Both the position numbers and the translations under genes were made by a program. From positions 1-34,785 of the forward strand of contig JBJKQR010000022.1 of assembly GCA_046735395.1 (NCBI GenBank): a stretch of DNA of 34,785 nt, in the 5' to 3' direction. Below the pieces are notes generated by a model. The model was not told where the DNA came from. It did no database searches and worked only from the letters and a program-made list of their open reading frames with translations. Position 1 is the stretch's first letter, and each line of letters starts with the position of its first letter. Source of the DNA: Fidelibacterota bacterium (lineage in GTDB: Bacteria > Fidelibacterota > Fidelibacteria > Fidelibacterales > DSDE01). Below are positions 30,847 to 34,785 of the stretch, piece by piece.

Positions 30847-32037
30847 ATGAAGCGGGACAACCGGGCCTTTCTGTATCTGGCCAGCAACCAGTTCTTCATT
30901 CAGCTGGCTCATTCCGTCTTTGACATTTCACTGATCTGGCTGGTACTGGATCTGACCGGCTCGAACCGATCCACCGGGCTCATCATGGCGACAGCCTACC
31001 TTCCCTTTCTGATCTTTTCTCTGCCGGCAGGCGTTTTTGCCGACCGGGGCCACAAGACCCGCATCCTGCAGATTACGTCCTTCGTTCGCATCGCCATCGC
31101 GGCCCTCATACCGCTTCTGGCCATCGTCCGCGACCCGTCCCTCCTGGCCATGGGCACGGCCGCCTTTCTGCTCACCGCTCTGTCGGCTCTCTATCTGCCG
31201 GCCCGGGATGCGCTCATTCCGGACTATGTGGGAGAAGGCCGCCTCTTCCGGGCCAACAGCTTCATTCAGGGAAGCATGCAGCTTGCCTATATCCTGGGTC
31301 CCGTCCTCGCCGGCATGTTCATCGAAATACTCGGGAAAGTCCGCATCTTCTATGTGGTTTCCCTGCTTTTCGCGGCCGGTTCACTTCTGAGTCTGGGACT
31401 CCGGCCGCCGACGAAAGAGGCATCGGCAGGCCCGGCTCCCGGCCTCCGCGACATCCCTGAAATCCTCAGCCTGCTCCGGCAGGATCTTCGCCTCCTCTGG
31501 ATAACCATCATCACCATGATCGACAATCTGTTCATCATGGGCCCGGCGATCATCGGAATCGCCATTTTCGTGAAAAGTATTCTCCACGGCTCCGCGTCCG
31601 ATTATGCCTTCTGCGAAAGTTCACTGGCTCTCGGAATGGTGGCCGGAACCGTGATTCTGCTGAAATTCGGCAGGAATCTGCCTCTGGGAAACATGCTGAT
31701 TTTCGGAATATTCATGGATGGCCTGACCTATGTACCCGTTTATTTTATCCATTCCGTTCCCTGGCTCTGGACTGCAATTTTCTTTCATGCCCTCTTTATC
31801 CCGCTGATCACCGTCTCCCGCACCACGCTCATACAGAAACTGGTTCCGCCGCCTCTTCTCGGCCGCTTCTTCTCTCTCATCTCCATTTCCGTCATCGGAT
31901 TCACTGCCATTTCCTCAGCCTTTACCGGACTTCTCTCCGAATGGATTTCCATACAGAAACTCTTTTTCATCATCGGAATCGGCGGTGCGCTGACCGGACT
32001 TATTTCCTGGAATTACAAAGCCCTCCGTAAAATCTGA
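30847..32037 (+). CDS. MFS transporter (DHA3/macrolide-efflux-like)
   Basis: About 12 transmembrane segments; motif A GVFADRGHK; LP...FSLPAG, RANS, GPVLAG. Confidence 0.9.
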   Translation: MKRDNRAFLYLASNQFFIQLAHSVFDISLIWLVLDLTGSNRSTGLIMATAYLPFLIFSLPAGVFADRGHKTRILQITSFVRIAIAALIPLLAIVRDPSLLAMGTAAFLLTALSALYLPARDALIPDYVGEGRLFRANSFIQGSMQLAYILGPVLAGMFIEILGKVRIFYVVSLLFAAGSLLSLGLRPPTKEASAGPAPGLRDIPEILSLLRQDLRLLWITIITMIDNLFIMGPAIIGIAIFVKSILHGSASDYAFCESSLALGMVAGTVILLKFGRNLPLGNMLIFGIFMDGLTYVPVYFIHSVPWLWTAIFFHALFIPLITVSRTTLIQKLVPPPLLGRFFSLISISVIGFTAISSAFTGLLSEWISIQKLFFIIGIGGALTGLISWNYKALRKI

Positions 32038-32128
32038 ATTCACAGCATTTTCTGGCCGAAAGCCTTTTTTCGTGCACCCTTTTTCCCTTATATTCATAAG
32101 AAAGAACGTTGCGGAAAGGAGCGTTTTC

Positions 32129-33052
32129 ATGGGAAAGAACTGGACCCTGTCGGAACTGCCCCGGCTTGAGGACAAAACGGTCATCGTGACCGGCGGCAAC
32201 AGCGGACTCGGCCTGGAAGCCGTACGCGCCTTTGCCGGAAACGGCGCAAGTGTCATATTGTGCGCCCGCGATACTCAGCGCGGCCTCGCCGTGGAAAAGG
32301 ATCTGAAATCCACTTATCCCCTGGCCCGGATAGAGGTGATGGAGCTGGATCTCGCCGACCTGGAATCCATCCGGCGATTTGCCGATACCTTCGCGAACCG
32401 TTATCCGTCCCTGGATATCCTGCTCAATAACGCCGGCATCATGATGACACCCTGGACGCTCACCCGGGACGGTTTTGAATCTCAGATGGGCACCAATCAT
32501 CTGGGACATTTCGCCCTGACGGCCCGGCTTCTGGGCCGCCTGAAATCCACGCCCTATTCCCGGGTCATCACCATCAGCAGCAATATCCACCGAATGGGGA
32601 AAATGGATTTTTCCAACCTGCTTTTCGAAAACGGGCATCAGTACAATCCCATTCGGGCCTATGGCCGCTCCAAACTTGCCAATCTCCTCTTCACCTATGA
32701 ACTGCAGAGACGTTTTCACCATCACGGCTGGAATTCCATTGCTCTGGCCGCTCATCCCGGGTTCTCCAGAACGGATCTCGGACGCCATATCTCCCGGACT
32801 CTGCCGGGACGGGCCCTCATGGCCATGGCCAATCTCTTTTCACAGAAAGCGGAACTGGGCGCCCTGCCGGGAATCCGCGCCGCCGTGGATCCGGCCGTAA
32901 AAGGCGGGGAATATTTCGGGCCGGACGGGCCGCGTCAGATGCGCGGCTATCCCGTAAAGCAGAAAAGCGGCGACCAGTCCTACAACAGAAAAGATGCCCG
33001 GCACCTCTGGGACATGTCGGAAGAGCTCACCGGAATCGCCTTCGAATTCTGA
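32129..33052 (+). CDS. Short-chain dehydrogenase/reductase (retinol dehydrogenase-like)
   Basis: TGGNSGLG, LDLADL, NNAG, GTNHLGHF, YGRSK, AHPG. ATG 32129 with AAGGAG. Confidence 0.93.
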   Translation: MGKNWTLSELPRLEDKTVIVTGGNSGLGLEAVRAFAGNGASVILCARDTQRGLAVEKDLKSTYPLARIEVMELDLADLESIRRFADTFANRYPSLDILLNNAGIMMTPWTLTRDGFESQMGTNHLGHFALTARLLGRLKSTPYSRVITISSNIHRMGKMDFSNLLFENGHQYNPIRAYGRSKLANLLFTYELQRRFHHHGWNSIALAAHPGFSRTDLGRHISRTLPGRALMAMANLFSQKAELGALPGIRAAVDPAVKGGEYFGPDGPRQMRGYPVKQKSGDQSYNRKDARHLWDMSEELTGIAFEF

Positions 33053-33165
33053 AGCGCTTTTATGCGGAATATCATAACATTTGCGTAAAAAATATCCGCC
33101 AAGCTCCGGCCGGAATAAGAATCCCATATATGTAACAGGAATTGCGGTTTTATCGTAAACGGCTG

Positions 33166-33885
33166 TTATTCAGAGTCCTTGACGCAGCGGACGGAAAACC
33201 CGGAGTGTTTATTGAGATCTCCCCGGTAAACGCCGTTGTGGAAATAGTAGAAAAGGCGATGCCAGGCATTGATGGAGCTGCATTCCGTCGAGGTCCAGAA
33301 ATGCGCACCGCTGCCCAGGTCATAAAAGTGGCTGCTGGTCGAACTCCGGTATCCGGCAGGAACTGCGCAGAAGGCAACCCCGTCTGTCCCCGGACTTTTC
33401 GGATTCTGGTTCCATCCGCTCCTGCTCTTCAGCGTTCTCCCCTCGTAGGCACCCCGCCAACCGGTGGTATCCGCCTCGCCCGGGTTCATTCCCAGAAAGC
33501 GCTCCAATTTTTTCCATTCCTCATCCGTCGCAATGTGCCAGCTCTCCGGCGCGAGCCCGTGAGGATCAGCAATGGCGTACCAATTATATAAGGCACCATA
33601 ACCGCCGGCATGGCTGATGTCATGATCATAATAACACATCGCACCTTCTGTTGTGCGCGACCATTGCGCATCATCCCCGAAATCTTTTATTTCTGTTCCG
33701 TCACGGTAATGACCCGTCCTCAGGTTCTCCGCCATCCACCATTGATCGCCGATTTTAACCGTTTTATAGATGTTTCCGTCAACATCCCGGACGGTCCCGG
33801 TCCCGGAATTATTAACCGGCTTGCTTGATTGTGCAGATAATATATTATATCCCATAATAATTATCAGCAGGATCCATCGTTTCAT
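33166..33885 (-). CDS. FISUMP (Fibrobacter succinogenes major paralogous domain) exported protein
   Basis: DVDGNIYKTVKIGDQWWMAENL, YGALYNWYA, P..WHIATDEEW..L, FWTST, GFSVRCVKD; signal peptide; GGGAG RBS. Confidence 0.93.
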   Translation of the reverse strand: MKRWILLIIIMGYNILSAQSSKPVNNSGTGTVRDVDGNIYKTVKIGDQWWMAENLRTGHYRDGTEIKDFGDDAQWSRTTEGAMCYYDHDISHAGGYGALYNWYAIADPHGLAPESWHIATDEEWKKLERFLGMNPGEADTTGWRGAYEGRTLKSRSGWNQNPKSPGTDGVAFCAVPAGYRSSTSSHFYDLGSGAHFWTSTECSSINAWHRLFYYFHNGVYRGDLNKHSGFSVRCVKDSE

Positions 33886-33916
33886 AACTCCCCCCACAGA
33901 TATCAATTAGGTTTTT

Positions 33917-33945
33917 AATTTATAATGGATTAATCCGGATGGCAA
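33917..33945 (-). promoter_or_regulatory. Putative sigma70 promoter of the FISUMP gene
   Basis: On the minus strand TTGCCA, 17-nt spacer, TAAATT; the palindrome GGATTAATCC (33927-33936) lies in the spacer. Confidence 0.5.
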
Positions 33946-34010
33946 GAGCGGGTTTGTGAATGTGATCTATACGAATTTCTTACCAGGCGACGGAATCGGT
34001 TATTTTTATA

Positions 34011-34037
34011 TAGAGACGCAAGATCCTGCGTCTCTAC
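34011..34037. repeat. REP-like palindromic element (GTAG type)
   Basis: TAGAGACGCA-AGATCC-TGCGTCTCTA, a perfect 10-bp stem; the minus strand reads GTAGAGACGCAGGATCTTGCGTCTCTA. Confidence 0.6.
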
Positions 34038-34079
34038 GATGAATGCATGACATGATGTATGCAATTATCCGGAAATGAT

Positions 34080-34406
34080 CTATGATTTCAGGTTCAGTCG
34101 ATAATCCAGAATATGAGGGGACCGTTTCAGCAGATCCAATAATATCTGAGTTGAGCCGGAGGGCTGACGTTTCCCCTGTTCCCATTGTCTGATCGAAGAG
34201 GGACTTACGTTCAGCAATTTTGCAAACACACTCTGACTCACCCGCATTTTTTTGCGTATGGATCTGATTTCAGACAGAGTCAACCGTACTTCCGGCACGT
34301 TCACGCCCAATTCATTCAATTCTTTTTCAGTAAATGTCGTCCTTATTCCTGCATCTAAAAGATCCTGAACCGTCTCGCTCAGGGCTTTTTTCATGGATTC
34401 TCTCAT
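34080..34406 (-). CDS. HigA-like HTH (XRE) antitoxin
   Basis: IRSIRKKMRVSQSVFAKLLNVSPSSIRQWEQGKRQPSG; GAGGAGG RBS; directly downstream of a RelE-like toxin. Confidence 0.9.
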   Translation of the reverse strand: MRESMKKALSETVQDLLDAGIRTTFTEKELNELGVNVPEVRLTLSEIRSIRKKMRVSQSVFAKLLNVSPSSIRQWEQGKRQPSGSTQILLDLLKRSPHILDYRLNLKS

Positions 34407-34777
34407 CTTACCTCCTCTATATCGAACAATTTTTTCTGTCTGATCAATTCCTTCACTTGTTTTTCATCCAACATCAAAAATTATTTCGCCGTTTTCTTCC
34501 AAAATTTTTCTTCTTTACTATCAATATTCTCTCTATCATTTTTCGGAAATCCGTACAGGAAGATTGCTCTGTCATTTTTTCTATAAACTATACGTGTTCT
34601 GTAACCGGAGCTTTTTCCTCTTCCTTCCTGCTTTACCCGCACTTTGTACAGATTATTGCCCAGGCTTGACGTGGACAGCTGCTTTTCCAGATCTGAAATC
34701 GCCATCAATAATTCACTTTCAGCAATGTTTTCATTTTTGTACCATTTACTGAACCATTTTGTCACCAGCTTTTTCAT
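34403..34777 (-). pseudogene. RelE/HigB-family toxin interrupted by an in-frame TAA at 34481-34483 (intact ORF 34481-34777, 98 aa)
   Basis: TKWFSKW, LGNNLYKVRV, GKSSGYR, FLYGFPKNDRENI. The frame continues for 25 codons past the TAA to a TGA overlapping the antitoxin ATG. Confidence 0.8.
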
Positions 34778-34785
34778 ATTTCAAT

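Noticed and set aside
33070..33172. Possible integron attC after the FISUMP stop (minus strand GAATAAC...GTTATGA, with partial CCGC/GCGG pairing)
   Set aside because: The putative L boxes are not complementary, there is no second attC or integrase, and the gene appears to have its own promoter. An IntegronFinder scan would settle it.
34481..34483. Stop-codon reassignment or readthrough explaining the toxin's internal TAA
   Set aside because: TAA terminates many intact genes in this window (ribE, ribH, mutS2), so the standard code applies.

Overview
A mostly housekeeping bacterial chromosomal region, roughly 50-55% GC by eye. The Fibrobacter-type FISUMP protein, DUF5916 protein and Big_5-type lipoprotein suggest an FCB-group organism such as Marinimicrobia (inference only). 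In order it contains: a CitD-CitE fusion truncated at a probable chimeric left end; an ATL DNA-repair protein; RecQ; an FMN-riboswitch-controlled ribD-ribE-ribBA-ribH operon; a tightly coupled run of tgt, cvfB, sfsA, a lipoprotein, manC, a hypothetical, a GNAT and a prolyl oligopeptidase; alkaline phosphatase; YchF; hemerythrin; a lower-GC beta-propeller lipoprotein; a DUF5916 protein; a 59-aa Cys-rich membrane protein missed by the ORF track; a lipid kinase; a methyltransferase followed by two tandem exported thioredoxins; yqeY-cvpA-mutS2; PTS IIA, MFS and SDR genes; and an AT-rich right end with a FISUMP gene, a REP-like hairpin and a RelE/HigB-HigA toxin-antitoxin pair. I found no CRISPR array, tRNA, rRNA, integrase, transposase or reverse transcriptase, and no complete novel multi-gene system that I can support. 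The best leads are: (1) a diversity-generating retroelement (DGR)-like codon footprint in the FISUMP C-terminus; (2) a T11 tract in a promoter spacer, and an 11-bp direct repeat, around the beta-propeller lipoprotein; (3) an in-frame nonsense codon in the toxin; (4) a riboswitch whose terminator also hides the ribD ribosome-binding site; (5) the unannotated four-Cys small protein.
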